Shown: positions 1 through 8,936, numbered from the stretch's first letter. The stretch: 64,000 nucleotides of DNA from an uncultured virus (IMG/VR IMGVR_UViG_3300008108_000029) (IMGVR_UViG_3300008108_000029); one strand, 5' to 3'. The notes: generated from the letters alone by a model not told the origin. Made by a program: numbers and translations.

Positions 1-106
1 AAAAGTCAATGTTAGTAAGAGTTGTAGAGCATTTTTTCACTATTAAAAAAAAAGTGATTTACTATTTTCCCATTTATTCCCAAGTATGTGTTGTGAAAAA
101 TCTCCT

Positions 107-405
107 CCGAAACAGCAGCAAATAAAGGCACTTCAGCAAAACACCAAAACTCATGGAGCATTTTTAGGTGTTTTTTTTTATCATTAAAAAATACCCACTT
201 TTTTTATGCAGTTTCTTGAATACCCTGTGTTTACTAACATTACAGAGTGAATATTTTTCAAATTATTACGAAATTTTACTAAAATTTTTGAGGGTTAAAA
301 TATGTTAATATCAATTTTGAATTTTTTGATGCTCTGAAACGCTTGATAATAAAGGGCAAAATTTTTAAAAAAATATAGTGTCGCTGAAAGTATTGATTTT
401 AAAGG
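107..405. repeat. Dispersed 22-bp motif CyGAAA-N10-TAAAGG in noncoding DNA
   Basis: Copies at 107-128, 334-355 and 384-405; degenerate minus-strand copy at 224-245. Confidence 0.55.
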
Positions 406-485
406 TGTTTTGAGTGCATTAAAAATAAATTATATAGCCGTAATAAAAAACAGCCGTAAAAAAAACAAATTTTGTATTAATTGTA

Positions 486-516
486 TTTGATGTTATAATA
501 TAAACAACTACATTTG
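486..516 (+). promoter_or_regulatory. Bacteroidota-type promoter
   Basis: TTTG (486-489), 19-nt spacer, TACATTTG (509-516): exact -33/-7 consensus. Confidence 0.7.
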
Positions 517-519
517 TAT

Positions 520-589
520 CATCATCCTCTCTATTTGACCGTAGATAGATGTAGCAAAAAAAAAAAGCAGGAGTTTTCCTGCTTTTTTT
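520..589 (+). ncRNA. Candidate ~70-nt small RNA
   Basis: Lies between a consensus promoter and a terminator; no ORF; hairpin TCTATTTG-ACCG-TAGATAGA at 530-549. Confidence 0.45.
556..589. terminator. Bidirectional intrinsic terminator
   Basis: A11-GCAGGA-GTTT-TCCTGC-T7; also downstream of minus ORF 609-824. Confidence 0.85.
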
Positions 590-608
590 GTTGTCGCAAT
601 TTGCGACT

Positions 609-824
609 TCAAATTTTCATTTTGTTGTAAAATTCAACTGCACACATTACTCCATCAAAATCAGTTCTTGTTTCATAAGAAAGATAAAGAATTGATTTAT
701 CAGAAAAAATACCGAATATGTGATTATACCTACACAAATATCTCTTATCATCTTTAACAAATCCCCACCAACCACGCTTGGCTTTTTTTCTGTTTTCTGT
801 CATTGCTTTTTCAATACATTTCAT
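609..824 (-). CDS. Hypothetical protein
   Basis: 71-aa ORF, last of the leftward operon. Confidence 0.6.
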   Translation of the reverse strand: MKCIEKAMTENRKKAKRGWWGFVKDDKRYLCRYNHIFGIFSDKSILYLSYETRTDFDGVMCAVEFYNKMKI

Positions 825-838
825 TTTGATTTTATTTT

Positions 839-1504
839 TTATTCATTCGGTAATTTTGGTAACGGCATCCAATGGGTTATTTCAACTTTTTTATCGTCAT
901 CTCCTGTCCATTCATCACTATAATAACCATCTTCTCCTATTCTCCATCTCTCCACTCCGATAAATTTATCATCCACAAACACTCTTTCAAATTTTCCAAA
1001 CTCCATATATTCTTCAAACACTTTATCATTCACAATTTCTTTTACAAATATCAAAACTCTTTCTGAAAGATAACGCCATTTTCCTTCCCCATTTTCTTCA
1101 TCTACTTCTTCATCAATATCAGCAATAGTATTGCATATTGGAAATTCTTGTTTAACACTTTTCCATTCGTTCAAATCATCATTTGGTAATTTAGGTAACG
1201 GCATCCAATGTGTTATTTTAATATTTTCATCATTTTCATTTGTAATCGCATCAAACCCAACCATCCAAATATCATAATCAAATTTACCATTTAAGGTAAA
1301 ACCTTCGTATATTCCAAAATCTATATATCTGTTTCGCCTCCAATCTTGCCACCAAGCAATATTTTGATTATCAAGATTAGTTGCTAAAATTAAAACCGTG
1401 TCTGAAGTGTAGTATTTTTCATTTTCTTCTTCACACATATTTTTAATTTCACGATTCCTTATCGGAAGTTCTTGTTCTACATTTTTCCATTTCATTTTTT
1501 TCAT
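839..1504 (-). CDS. Tandem DUF551-like protein
   Basis: Two repeats, each running from WK.V.QE.P to ITHWMPLPKLPN. Confidence 0.75.
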   Translation of the reverse strand: MKKMKWKNVEQELPIRNREIKNMCEEENEKYYTSDTVLILATNLDNQNIAWWQDWRRNRYIDFGIYEGFTLNGKFDYDIWMVGFDAITNENDENIKITHWMPLPKLPNDDLNEWKSVKQEFPICNTIADIDEEVDEENGEGKWRYLSERVLIFVKEIVNDKVFEEYMEFGKFERVFVDDKFIGVERWRIGEDGYYSDEWTGDDDKKVEITHWMPLPKLPNE

Positions 1505-1576
1505 TTTTTTTTTATAATTTTAAAAAAATAACAAATTATCGGTTTGAAATTTAATTTGTTCGGAATAAAATAACCA

Positions 1577-1622
1577 TCAATTTTCTCAACGCTTGAGAAA
1601 ATTGAAGGGGGAATAACCCCCC
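1577..1622. other. Two adjacent intergenic hairpins
   Basis: 13-bp stem TCAATTTTCTCAA-CGC-TTGAGAAAATTGA, then GGGGG-AATAA-CCCCC. Confidence 0.6.
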
Positions 1623-1629
1623 AAAAATT

Positions 1630-1908
1630 TTAATTTCTTTCAAAAGGTTCGCAAATTAATACATCACCAACCAAATAAGAAATAGGTTTGAATCCAATCA
1701 ATTCAGCATAAAGCATAGCCGTAGCAACTTCATTTTTTGGTAAATTTAGATTTCTACCATTTTCATTAAGGATAAACTCTTTTTCATCAGTTCTAAAAAC
1801 TTCAATACAGCCACCAACTAAATGTTGTAATTCGGCTAATGTAAATTTTTCTTTGTTTGCAGGAATAACTAACTTTTGTTCTCCTGTGCTTGTTACTAAT
1901 ACTGCCAT
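1630..1908 (-). CDS. DUF3846-like phage protein
   Basis: FTLAELQHLVGGCIE...NENG..LNLPKN..AT...LVGDVLI pattern. Confidence 0.75.
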   Translation of the reverse strand: MAVLVTSTGEQKLVIPANKEKFTLAELQHLVGGCIEVFRTDEKEFILNENGRNLNLPKNEVATAMLYAELIGFKPISYLVGDVLICEPFERN

Positions 1909-1952
1909 AAAATTAAAAATTAAGAGGTTAATAAAATTTATAAAATTTTTTA

Positions 1953-1992
1953 CAAATATAGTTACTTTTTATTAATTTACACATAATGTCAA
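1953..1992 (-). promoter_or_regulatory. Leftward promoter
   Basis: TATATTTG on minus strand at 1953-1960; TTGACA at 1987-1992 (spacing longer than usual). Confidence 0.55.
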
Positions 1993-2088
1993 GTAAATTG
2001 TATATGTTTTTTATTAAGTTGTTGATAATAAGCACTAAAAATTTTAAGTTTTTTAATGTTTTTTAATATAAAATAAGTTCGTTCAATT

Positions 2089-2143
2089 CTTAAAAATTGG
2101 CTTAAAAATTGGCTTAAAATTGGCTTAAAACGGCTTAAAATCG
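2089..2143. repeat. Five degenerate tandem repeats of CTTAAAA(A)TTGG
   Basis: Units of 10-12 bp at 2089, 2101, 2113, 2124 and 2134. Confidence 0.85.
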
Positions 2144-2227
2144 CAAAAATTTAGAGTTCCAAATAAAAATTAATTGCTTGAAAATCAGTAAATTACAAAA
2201 AATAGTGAAAAAAAGATTAGTTTGGCT

Positions 2228-2275
2228 ATTGACAGATTATGTAAAATGATTACATTTGTGTAAAGTTCTTTGAAA
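2228..2275 (+). promoter_or_regulatory. Rightward early promoter with boxA-like element
   Basis: TTGACA 2229-2234, TACATTTG 2251-2258, GTTCTTTGAAA 2265-2275. Confidence 0.75.
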
Positions 2276-2301
2276 TACTAACCAAAATAAAACAATAAAT
2301 T

Positions 2302-2898
2302 ATGACACAAGTTAAAACTGAAACATTGGCTAATTTTATTAAAAATTACAATGGAAATTTTAATTTTCTATTATCGTTAAAAAGTAGATTTATGGAATAT
2401 GGTAGTTTGACCTCTGCTCAATGGATTGCATTAGAAAAATGTTATTTAAAATCTAACACACCTAAACAAGTCCAAGAGCCAAAGGATGTAAGTAAACTGC
2501 TTTTTGTAAAAAAGTATATTGCTTTTAAGATAAGTGAGGAACACAATTTAGGAGATATGCGTTCTTATGTTTGGGAAACTAAACAAGTGATTAGAGAAAC
2601 TTCAAAAGCAATTCAAGTTAAAGCAAAAATTGCAGATGCCGACCATACAATAGGAATTTGTAGGCATTGTGGTAAAGCATTAACAAATGAGTTTTCTCAA
2701 ATTACAGGAATGGGAAAAACTTGTGCGAAAAAATGGAACATTACTTATATTAATAAAAAAGAAGATGCTCAAATTTTCAAACAAGAGATGCAACACAAAA
2801 TCAATCAAGTTGGAGTTTTAGAGTTTTGGATTCCAAAATCACAAATCGTAAGTGAGCAAGATTTAATCACCGAAAACGGAAATGAAGAAGTTAATTAA
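2302..2898 (+). CDS. DUF6011-like zinc-finger early protein
   Basis: CRHCGKALTNEFSQITGMGKTCAKK motif. Confidence 0.7.
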   Translation: MTQVKTETLANFIKNYNGNFNFLLSLKSRFMEYGSLTSAQWIALEKCYLKSNTPKQVQEPKDVSKLLFVKKYIAFKISEEHNLGDMRSYVWETKQVIRETSKAIQVKAKIADADHTIGICRHCGKALTNEFSQITGMGKTCAKKWNITYINKKEDAQIFKQEMQHKINQVGVLEFWIPKSQIVSEQDLITENGNEEVN

Positions 2899-3142
2899 TC
2901 AAGGGGAGGAAACTCCCCATAAAACAAAAAAAACAATGGAAATGAAAAAAACACAAACACAAACTTTGTTCGTTGTTCAATACAATGATTGTTATGGTAA
3001 TGGCGATACCAAATTTGAGGTAATCGTAAAAAACAAAACCGATTTTAAAAAATGGCTGAAAAAACACAATGCCGAAAGAGATGGAATGAGAGAGAAAGAG
3101 GAAGAATTTACGTTAATCCCTTTAAATTTATTTGAAAATTAA
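2882..3142 (+). CDS. Hypothetical protein (true start probably ~2936-2942)
   Basis: ORF; a hairpin at 2903-2918 precedes the A-rich start. Confidence 0.6.
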   Translation: MKKLINQGEETPHKTKKTMEMKKTQTQTLFVVQYNDCYGNGDTKFEVIVKNKTDFKKWLKKHNAERDGMREKEEEFTLIPLNLFEN

Positions 3143-3326
3143 AATGAAATTAAAAATGGAAATAACATTAGATGAAATTAAAGATTTGTCAATCATTATC
3201 GTTGGCAAAATGGTTGAAGAAGGAATAATAAAAGATTGTTCTGACACAGATGACCAAACAGAGTTTGATGCACAAGATATAATTAGAGAAATTTTGTGTA
3301 AAAAATTCAATATAGAAAATGACTAA
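3132..3326 (+). CDS. Hypothetical acidic protein
   Basis: ORF in early operon. Confidence 0.55.
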   Translation: MKIKMKLKMEITLDEIKDLSIIIVGKMVEEGIIKDCSDTDDQTEFDAQDIIREILCKKFNIEND

Positions 3327-3582
3327 TAAAAAACAAAAAACAAAAAAAATGGAAACAACAACAACACCAAGAAAAATTAAAGACAATTTGTATTTAGTTG
3401 GAAACAAAGTAATGAGTTACGAAACCTTTGTTGCAGAAATTAGAGATGGTAAATTATTTGAAAATGGCAAATACTCAAAAACAACATCAAGGCACATAAA
3501 ACATATTGCTGAAATTTTTGAATTGACAATAGTGCCTTCAAACGAAAAACCAAGTTTTAATAAATTACCTTACAGAAATTAA
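3319..3582 (+). CDS. Small phage early protein
   Basis: SYETFVAEI...YSKTTSRH motif typical of phage early proteins. Confidence 0.65.
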   Translation: MTNKKQKTKKMETTTTPRKIKDNLYLVGNKVMSYETFVAEIRDGKLFENGKYSKTTSRHIKHIAEIFELTIVPSNEKPSFNKLPYRN

Positions 3583-3625
3583 AAAATCAGGGGGGAAACC
3601 CCCTTTAAAAAAATCAAAAATCAAA

Positions 3626-3841
3626 ATGAAAATTAAGTCAGCAAGAATTACGGAAATGCCAAAGAGTTTATTTGATGAAATGCCAAAAATATTTGTAACC
3701 TACGAAAATGAAGTTGAGGAATTTTTATACGAGTATTATCCCGATGAAATTTCATTCAGTCCGAAAGAATTTATCGGATTAACAAAAGAACAGGCAACAC
3801 ATTTAAAATTTATTAAAGACAGAAATTATTTAAAATCTTAA
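3626..3841 (+). CDS. Hypothetical protein
   Basis: 71-aa ORF with A-rich leader. Confidence 0.65.
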   Translation: MKIKSARITEMPKSLFDEMPKIFVTYENEVEEFLYEYYPDEISFSPKEFIGLTKEQATHLKFIKDRNYLKS

Positions 3842-3844
3842 AAT

Positions 3845-4090
3845 ATGAAATTTGAAATCAATGAAAAACTAACAAAATTTCCATTGAAAATAATGGAAAA
3901 TAAATTATTCACAAATTTAGTGGAGGAAAATTTTAAAGAACTGCCCTTATTTTTTTGGACAGAATTACTTGACCATATTTCATCCGTAAATAATCTAAAT
4001 TGTGAGTTTATGATGTTCGGAGCAATGGGCGAAAAAGAGGACATAAAAAAAGCAGTAACCATTCTTACAAATTCAATTAAATATAACTAA
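3845..4090 (+). CDS. Hypothetical protein
   Basis: Tightly packed ORF. Confidence 0.55.
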   Translation: MKFEINEKLTKFPLKIMENKLFTNLVEENFKELPLFFWTELLDHISSVNNLNCEFMMFGAMGEKEDIKKAVTILTNSIKYN

Positions 4091-4100
4091 AACTAAAACT

Positions 4101-4301
4101 ATGAACTCAAATTTAAACTACAATTACACAACAACATTTTGGAACTCTTTTGATTGGGAACTATATGTTAGAATAATCCGTGCAAAAATGAACACAGGTT
4201 TAATTGAAAGGGAGGAAAAAATGCTATGCGAAAGAAAAATAAATAAACTAAATATCAATAAGTTAGAAGAAAACACTAAAAATATTCAACCAAATACTTG
4301 A
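4101..4301 (+). CDS. Hypothetical protein
   Basis: Tightly packed ORF. Confidence 0.5.
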   Translation: MNSNLNYNYTTTFWNSFDWELYVRIIRAKMNTGLIEREEKMLCERKINKLNINKLEENTKNIQPNT

Positions 4302-4328
4302 CAGGAATTGTAAAATAAATTAGTTTTG
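4297..4328 (+). promoter_or_regulatory. Early promoter
   Basis: TTGACA 4298-4303 and TAGTTTTG 4321-4328. Confidence 0.75.
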
Positions 4329-4366
4329 TAAAAAATTCAGTTAGCAACAATTTAAAACAATCAAAT

Positions 4367-4666
4367 ATGAAAAATCAAAATCAAAAAATCAAATTCCAAG
4401 ATTGGAATTGCTTATTAGAGTTTAGTGAATACCAAAACAACGGCAGAACTGCAATAACTCTAATTGATGAAACTGATGGCTCACCAATTACAACAGCCAC
4501 TATAAATATGCCAAACGTATCCCTGAATGATGATGAAGTAATCATCAAAGATTATTCTGAAAATGAGGGAATTTTAAACGCTTTACTAATTAATGGAGTA
4601 GTTGAACTCACAGGTAAAAGCGTTGATACAGGATTTGTAAATTGTGAAATCTGTAAATTAATCTAA
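4367..4666 (+). CDS. DUF4313-like protein
   Basis: Y.NNG..AI.L...DG.P...AT.N...KDYSENEG.L..L...G pattern. Confidence 0.65.
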   Translation: MKNQNQKIKFQDWNCLLEFSEYQNNGRTAITLIDETDGSPITTATINMPNVSLNDDEVIIKDYSENEGILNALLINGVVELTGKSVDTGFVNCEICKLI

Positions 4667-4667
4667 A

Positions 4668-4886
4668 ATGGCAACAATAAATTTAAACAAACACATTTGG
4701 GAGGGTTGGACAGTTGGGTGCTTTATCAACGAACTTGAACCAACATTTAATCAAATAATGAATGGTAACTCTTGGCAAAAACCATTCAAAAATAAAGATG
4801 AATTAAAAAAATGGTGTATGGAAAATCAACCTTTTTACAAAAAACATATACCCGATGTAGTTAATTATTTCAATAACAAAATATGA
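4668..4886 (+). CDS. Hypothetical protein
   Basis: 72-aa ORF. Confidence 0.65.
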   Translation: MATINLNKHIWEGWTVGCFINELEPTFNQIMNGNSWQKPFKNKDELKKWCMENQPFYKKHIPDVVNYFNNKI

Positions 4887-5059
4887 AAACATATAAATTA
4901 ACATTGGAAGATAAAAATGGCAATGAATTAAAAGAAATTATTGCTGACTTTAAAAATAAAAAAGAAGCCATTGAATACGCTAAAACTTTTAAATATACCT
5001 GCATGATTAATGATTTAAAAAAAATAGTAGTAAGAACTTATGAAAAAATTAAACGATAA
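4883..5059 (+). CDS. Hypothetical protein, 58 aa (not in ORF track)
   Basis: Manually translated MKTYKLTLEDKNGNELKEI...; ATGA overlap with the upstream stop. Confidence 0.6.
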   Translation: MKTYKLTLEDKNGNELKEIIADFKNKKEAIEYAKTFKYTCMINDLKKIVVRTYEKIKR

Positions 5060-5378
5060 AATAAAGTCCACAAAAGATATGGATAAAATTAACTCATTAA
5101 TAGATGATGTTATAGAAAAAACTTTGAAAAAAGTAAAGTTGCTTGAGGAATTACGAAGTAGTATTGGTTATGAAAATTGCGAATACATAATCAGGAAAAC
5201 TAATCCTAATAAAGATGGTGTTTATATGCTTTTTAAAAAATTAGATAACAAAAATGGCATTTTAGTTTTATCATATAACATAGATGATATTTTTAGTTAT
5301 ATAAAAAAGAGAAAAATTCCTACCGAAAAAGTTTATAGAGAAATCTATTGGGAACATATAGTTACATCGGAAGATTAA
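5040..5378 (+). CDS. Hypothetical protein
   Basis: 112-aa ORF. Confidence 0.6.
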   Translation: MKKLNDKIKSTKDMDKINSLIDDVIEKTLKKVKLLEELRSSIGYENCEYIIRKTNPNKDGVYMLFKKLDNKNGILVLSYNIDDIFSYIKKRKIPTEKVYREIYWEHIVTSED

Positions 5379-5398
5379 AATAATTAAAATTAATCAAA

Positions 5399-5683
5399 AT
5401 GAAAACATCTATTGAAATTTCAAGCAATTACGGATTTGACTATAATTGGACATTAGTTTTATCAACTCCAAAAAAAACAAAAAGGTTTTATTTAGGGCAG
5501 GACATAAAATTTTGCAGAAGAATTTTAGGATTAGAGCCATCTTACATTATTGAGGTAATTGGAACTAACGATATTCAAAACAAAACAGGAAACAAAAAAC
5601 TTGCAAAATTCATTTGTGGGTTACTAAATCTGAATGGAAAAAATATGAACAATTTTCAAGATTGGGATTTTTGCAGTCAATAA
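5399..5683 (+). CDS. Hypothetical protein
   Basis: 94-aa ORF. Confidence 0.65.
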   Translation: MKTSIEISSNYGFDYNWTLVLSTPKKTKRFYLGQDIKFCRRILGLEPSYIIEVIGTNDIQNKTGNKKLAKFICGLLNLNGKNMNNFQDWDFCSQ

Positions 5684-5684
5684 T

Positions 5685-5846
5685 ATGAAAATATCTTCAA
5701 CCAAATTAGTAACTTGGCTTATAAAGTATGAGGGGTGCAATACTTTATTGAATCAATGTAAGCGTAAACTAAAGAGTAATCATCCACTAACTCTTAACGA
5801 AATTGAGTGCGTAAGAAAATTTTATATTCATAAGCAAAATGATTAA
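5685..5846 (+). CDS. Hypothetical protein, 53 aa (not in ORF track)
   Basis: MKISSTKLVTWLIKYEGCNTLLNQCKRKL...; fills the gap and resembles the N-terminus of ORF 2302. Confidence 0.55.
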   Translation: MKISSTKLVTWLIKYEGCNTLLNQCKRKLKSNHPLTLNEIECVRKFYIHKQND

Positions 5847-6054
5847 AAATGTAGCAGGATGGATAGGCAATTCAAAGGTTAAAATTCCTATTCCAAAAAA
5901 CAAAAAAATAAAAACAATAGAGGTTTCTTTGAGCAGGGGCAGAAAATTTGAAATAAATTTAGACGAGGATGGAGATATTTCAATAATAGGTTCAGGGGAT
6001 TTAAGCGTTGTTTTTTCGGAGGAAAATCAAACAATTTTAAGATTGAAAAAATGA
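5839..6054 (+). CDS. Hypothetical protein
   Basis: 71-aa ORF. Confidence 0.55.
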   Translation: MIKNVAGWIGNSKVKIPIPKNKKIKTIEVSLSRGRKFEINLDEDGDISIIGSGDLSVVFSEENQTILRLKK

Positions 6055-6250
6055 AGATTTTGAGGTTGAAAAAATTGTTTCAATAAATAAATTTTATATC
6101 AAAATAAATAATCAAATTATTTTATAAAATAATTAAAAAGGCATATTTACCGAAAATAGCACTTATCATAAAGAATAATCAAGATTGTTTTATCAATCAG
6201 GACAGGGTTATCTAAATAAATAATTAAATTATATTTAAAAATAAATCAAG

Positions 6251-7006
6251 ATGAAATTTCAAAAGTATAATCAGTTAGGTTTAAATTTTACGCAGTATAT
6301 AAAGGATAACTTGTATCGTGTCCATACTGAAAATTTTTTCAGCAAGTTTGATAAGGACTTCGTGAAGCCATATCAGGAACAATGGAAGTGGATTTTGAAT
6401 GACGAAAAAAACAAAAATCTATTTTTTACCAATACAGCGAGAAAGGTGGCTGATTCAATCAAGTTAAATAAGTTTGAAGCCAAAATACTAAAAAGTGATA
6501 AAGATGTTAAATACACTTTTTTGATTGATGACAAGATGTTTTACAGAGTTTCAATAAAGGGGGGTGAAATTTTAGGAATGAGAGTTTTTACAGAAGAAGG
6601 CAGTATAAATTATAGTTCATTTAAAATTTTACCCGAACAAAATTTAGTGGTTTATCCTCATAGTCAATATGATTATCTAAATGATAAATATTTTGTTGAG
6701 TTTATAAAACTGCTTATTTTTACAGAATATAGCGAATTGAAAGAAACGGTTTTGATGCCTCGTCAAAGTGTTGGAACAATGAAAGAGGGAAAATATTTGA
6801 ATGAAAGTGATAAAAACGTGGTTATTGTGGACAGCACTTGGAATAACGTGATTGTAAGAAATGAAGCGTTTGGTGTTAATGGACACTTTAGATTGCAGCC
6901 GATGGGCAAAAACAGATTGGAAAGAAAATTAATTTACATTAAAGAATTTATAAAAGATGGGTATGTTAGGAAATCAAAAAAGGAAACGGCTACCAACAAA
7001 AAATGA
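6251..7006 (+). CDS. Conserved phage hypothetical protein
   Basis: C-terminal VNGHFRLQPMGKNRLERKLIYIKEFIK (V.GH.R.Q..G motif). Confidence 0.7.
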   Translation: MKFQKYNQLGLNFTQYIKDNLYRVHTENFFSKFDKDFVKPYQEQWKWILNDEKNKNLFFTNTARKVADSIKLNKFEAKILKSDKDVKYTFLIDDKMFYRVSIKGGEILGMRVFTEEGSINYSSFKILPEQNLVVYPHSQYDYLNDKYFVEFIKLLIFTEYSELKETVLMPRQSVGTMKEGKYLNESDKNVVIVDSTWNNVIVRNEAFGVNGHFRLQPMGKNRLERKLIYIKEFIKDGYVRKSKKETATNKK

Positions 7007-7496
7007 TAGCGTTCAAAAAAGAAAAGAAGATTTAGAGGAAATAATTGAAAGAAGAAATATAAGAATCAAAAATTTCTTTGACTTATGTGGACTTCAGGTA
7101 AGAATAATAGGCGATAAAAATTCTCCTGCGATTGTCCTTAACGATAATTGCGTTATAAATGCTTACGTTCATAATTTTGAATTAAGGTTTACGGACAAAG
7201 CAGTTCAAGGAAATATAATCTACACAGTAAAACTTACTGAAAAACCAAACTTTGATAAAAATAAAGTTTTGTCCTGCATCAATGATTTTGAAAAAAGGGT
7301 GTTGTATAAAATTCAAGTTAAAAATTCAAACCCTACTTTATTTTTGTCAGGATACAATTTTTTAAATAAAAATCTCAAAGAAGGAAGGTATCCTGTTTTC
7401 AGTTCCTATGTTCCAAAAGTTTATTTTTCGCAAGAAAAGGCAGAAGAAATAGCAACCGAGTTAAATAACGATGGATACGATTTAGTTGTTGTGTAA
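6957..7496 (+). CDS. Hypothetical protein
   Basis: 179-aa ORF. Confidence 0.65.
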   Translation: MGMLGNQKRKRLPTKNDSVQKRKEDLEEIIERRNIRIKNFFDLCGLQVRIIGDKNSPAIVLNDNCVINAYVHNFELRFTDKAVQGNIIYTVKLTEKPNFDKNKVLSCINDFEKRVLYKIQVKNSNPTLFLSGYNFLNKNLKEGRYPVFSSYVPKVYFSQEKAEEIATELNNDGYDLVVV

Positions 7497-7571
7497 AATA
7501 ATTAGATTATTTTATAAAATAAATCTAATATCTCTAAAAATAAAAATGTTAATAACTTTATCAAGATGAGT

Positions 7572-7602
7572 ATTGACAAAGAGTAATTAATAACTAATTT
7601 TG
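7572..7602 (+). promoter_or_regulatory. Early promoter
   Basis: TTGACA 7573-7578 and TAATTTTG 7595-7602. Confidence 0.75.
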
Positions 7603-7637
7603 TAACGCTACATTAATCAAAAATAACGGTCAAAAAA

Positions 7638-8936
7638 ATGAAAACAATTAAAATCACAAGTTCAGGAGAGATTGACATTCGTGCTTTCTCTAAAATGGGG
7701 GCTTCATCAAAAAGACAGGATGGCTCAAAAATCGGTATGTTCGGGAGTGGATTAAAGTATTCACTTGCTTTCCTTTTAAGAAATGAAATTCCATTTAAGG
7801 TTTTTTCGGGGTATCGGGAAGTGAAATTTACTACTCAAGAAGATACTTTTAGGGGAGCAACAATTAATAACATATTTATAAATGGTCGGGAAACTGATTT
7901 GACTACGGATATGGGTATGGATTGGCAACATTGGTTTGTTGTTCGTGAAATATTTTGTAATGCTTTAGATGAAAATGATGGTCAAATATCAGTTGTTGAT
8001 ATTGATTTGGAAAAAGCAGAACCTATTGAGGACTATACTACTTTTTATATTCAATGTGATTCAACATTCAATGATATTTTAAATAATTGGCAATTATATT
8101 TTTCTGATAGAAGAACTGATTGTGTTTATGAAAATGGAAACGATAAGATTTTCACAGGTGGCGATAGCGTTCTTATTTATAGAAAAGGAATAAGATGCTT
8201 TTACTTGGAAAAGCAAAAATCTATGTTTTCTTATGATATGTCTTGGGTTGATATAAATGAGAGCAGAGTTATTGCTGACGAATGGAATTTTAAATACAAA
8301 CTTTGTAACGTATTAAAGAAAATTACAGATTCGGGAATTATCAATACTGTGCTTTATAATATAAATGAGTATTGGGAAAAATCATTTTATTGGGGGTCAT
8401 CACAAAACTTTTCAAAAGAATGGTTGGAGGGCATAGGCGATAAAATTCTTGTGCCTTATGAAAATGCAGGTTTTTGGGATGAAGAAGTAAAATACTTGTT
8501 GCGTAAAAAAAAGTGTATTATTCTTCCACACGAAATGATACAGGGTTTGAAAATATCTTTTGGCGAAGATATTAAAGTGATTGGCGAAATGGATGGTGGT
8601 GGAAGTGATGTTAAGATAATTAACGAATTATCAAAAAGGCAAAGTTTTTTACTTGAAGAAGCCATTAATTTCTTAAAATCAATCAATTACGATATAACAT
8701 ATCCTATAAAAGTTGTGAGATTTTCAAAAAGCAATACTCTTGGTCAAGCAGTTGATGAAACAATTTTATTAAGCGAAAAGGTTTTTGATATGGGAACAAG
8801 AGAAGTTGTAAATACTATGATTGAAGAAAATGAGCATTTAAAAACAGGTTATTCAGATGAAACAAGACAATTTCAAACTCATTTAATTAATCTGTTAATT
8901 AGTTCTTTTGAGGATAAAGCAGGAAGATATTTATGA
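7638..8936 (+). CDS. GHKL (HATPase_c)-like ATPase with degenerate zincin-like C-terminus
   Basis: MGASSKR...IGMFGSGLK; REIFCNALDE; C-terminal EENEH. Confidence 0.7.
   Translation: MKTIKITSSGEIDIRAFSKMGASSKRQDGSKIGMFGSGLKYSLAFLLRNEIPFKVFSGYREVKFTTQEDTFRGATINNIFINGRETDLTTDMGMDWQHWFVVREIFCNALDENDGQISVVDIDLEKAEPIEDYTTFYIQCDSTFNDILNNWQLYFSDRRTDCVYENGNDKIFTGGDSVLIYRKGIRCFYLEKQKSMFSYDMSWVDINESRVIADEWNFKYKLCNVLKKITDSGIINTVLYNINEYWEKSFYWGSSQNFSKEWLEGIGDKILVPYENAGFWDEEVKYLLRKKKCIILPHEMIQGLKISFGEDIKVIGEMDGGGSDVKIINELSKRQSFLLEEAINFLKSINYDITYPIKVVRFSKSNTLGQAVDETILLSEKVFDMGTREVVNTMIEENEHLKTGYSDETRQFQTHLINLLISSFEDKAGRYL

Noticed and set aside
537..546. 10-nt GACCGTAGAT in the candidate sRNA is complementary to the leader of minus gene 25840-26025 (26027-26036)
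   Set aside because: A single 10-mer match is roughly expected by chance in 64 kb and does not extend.
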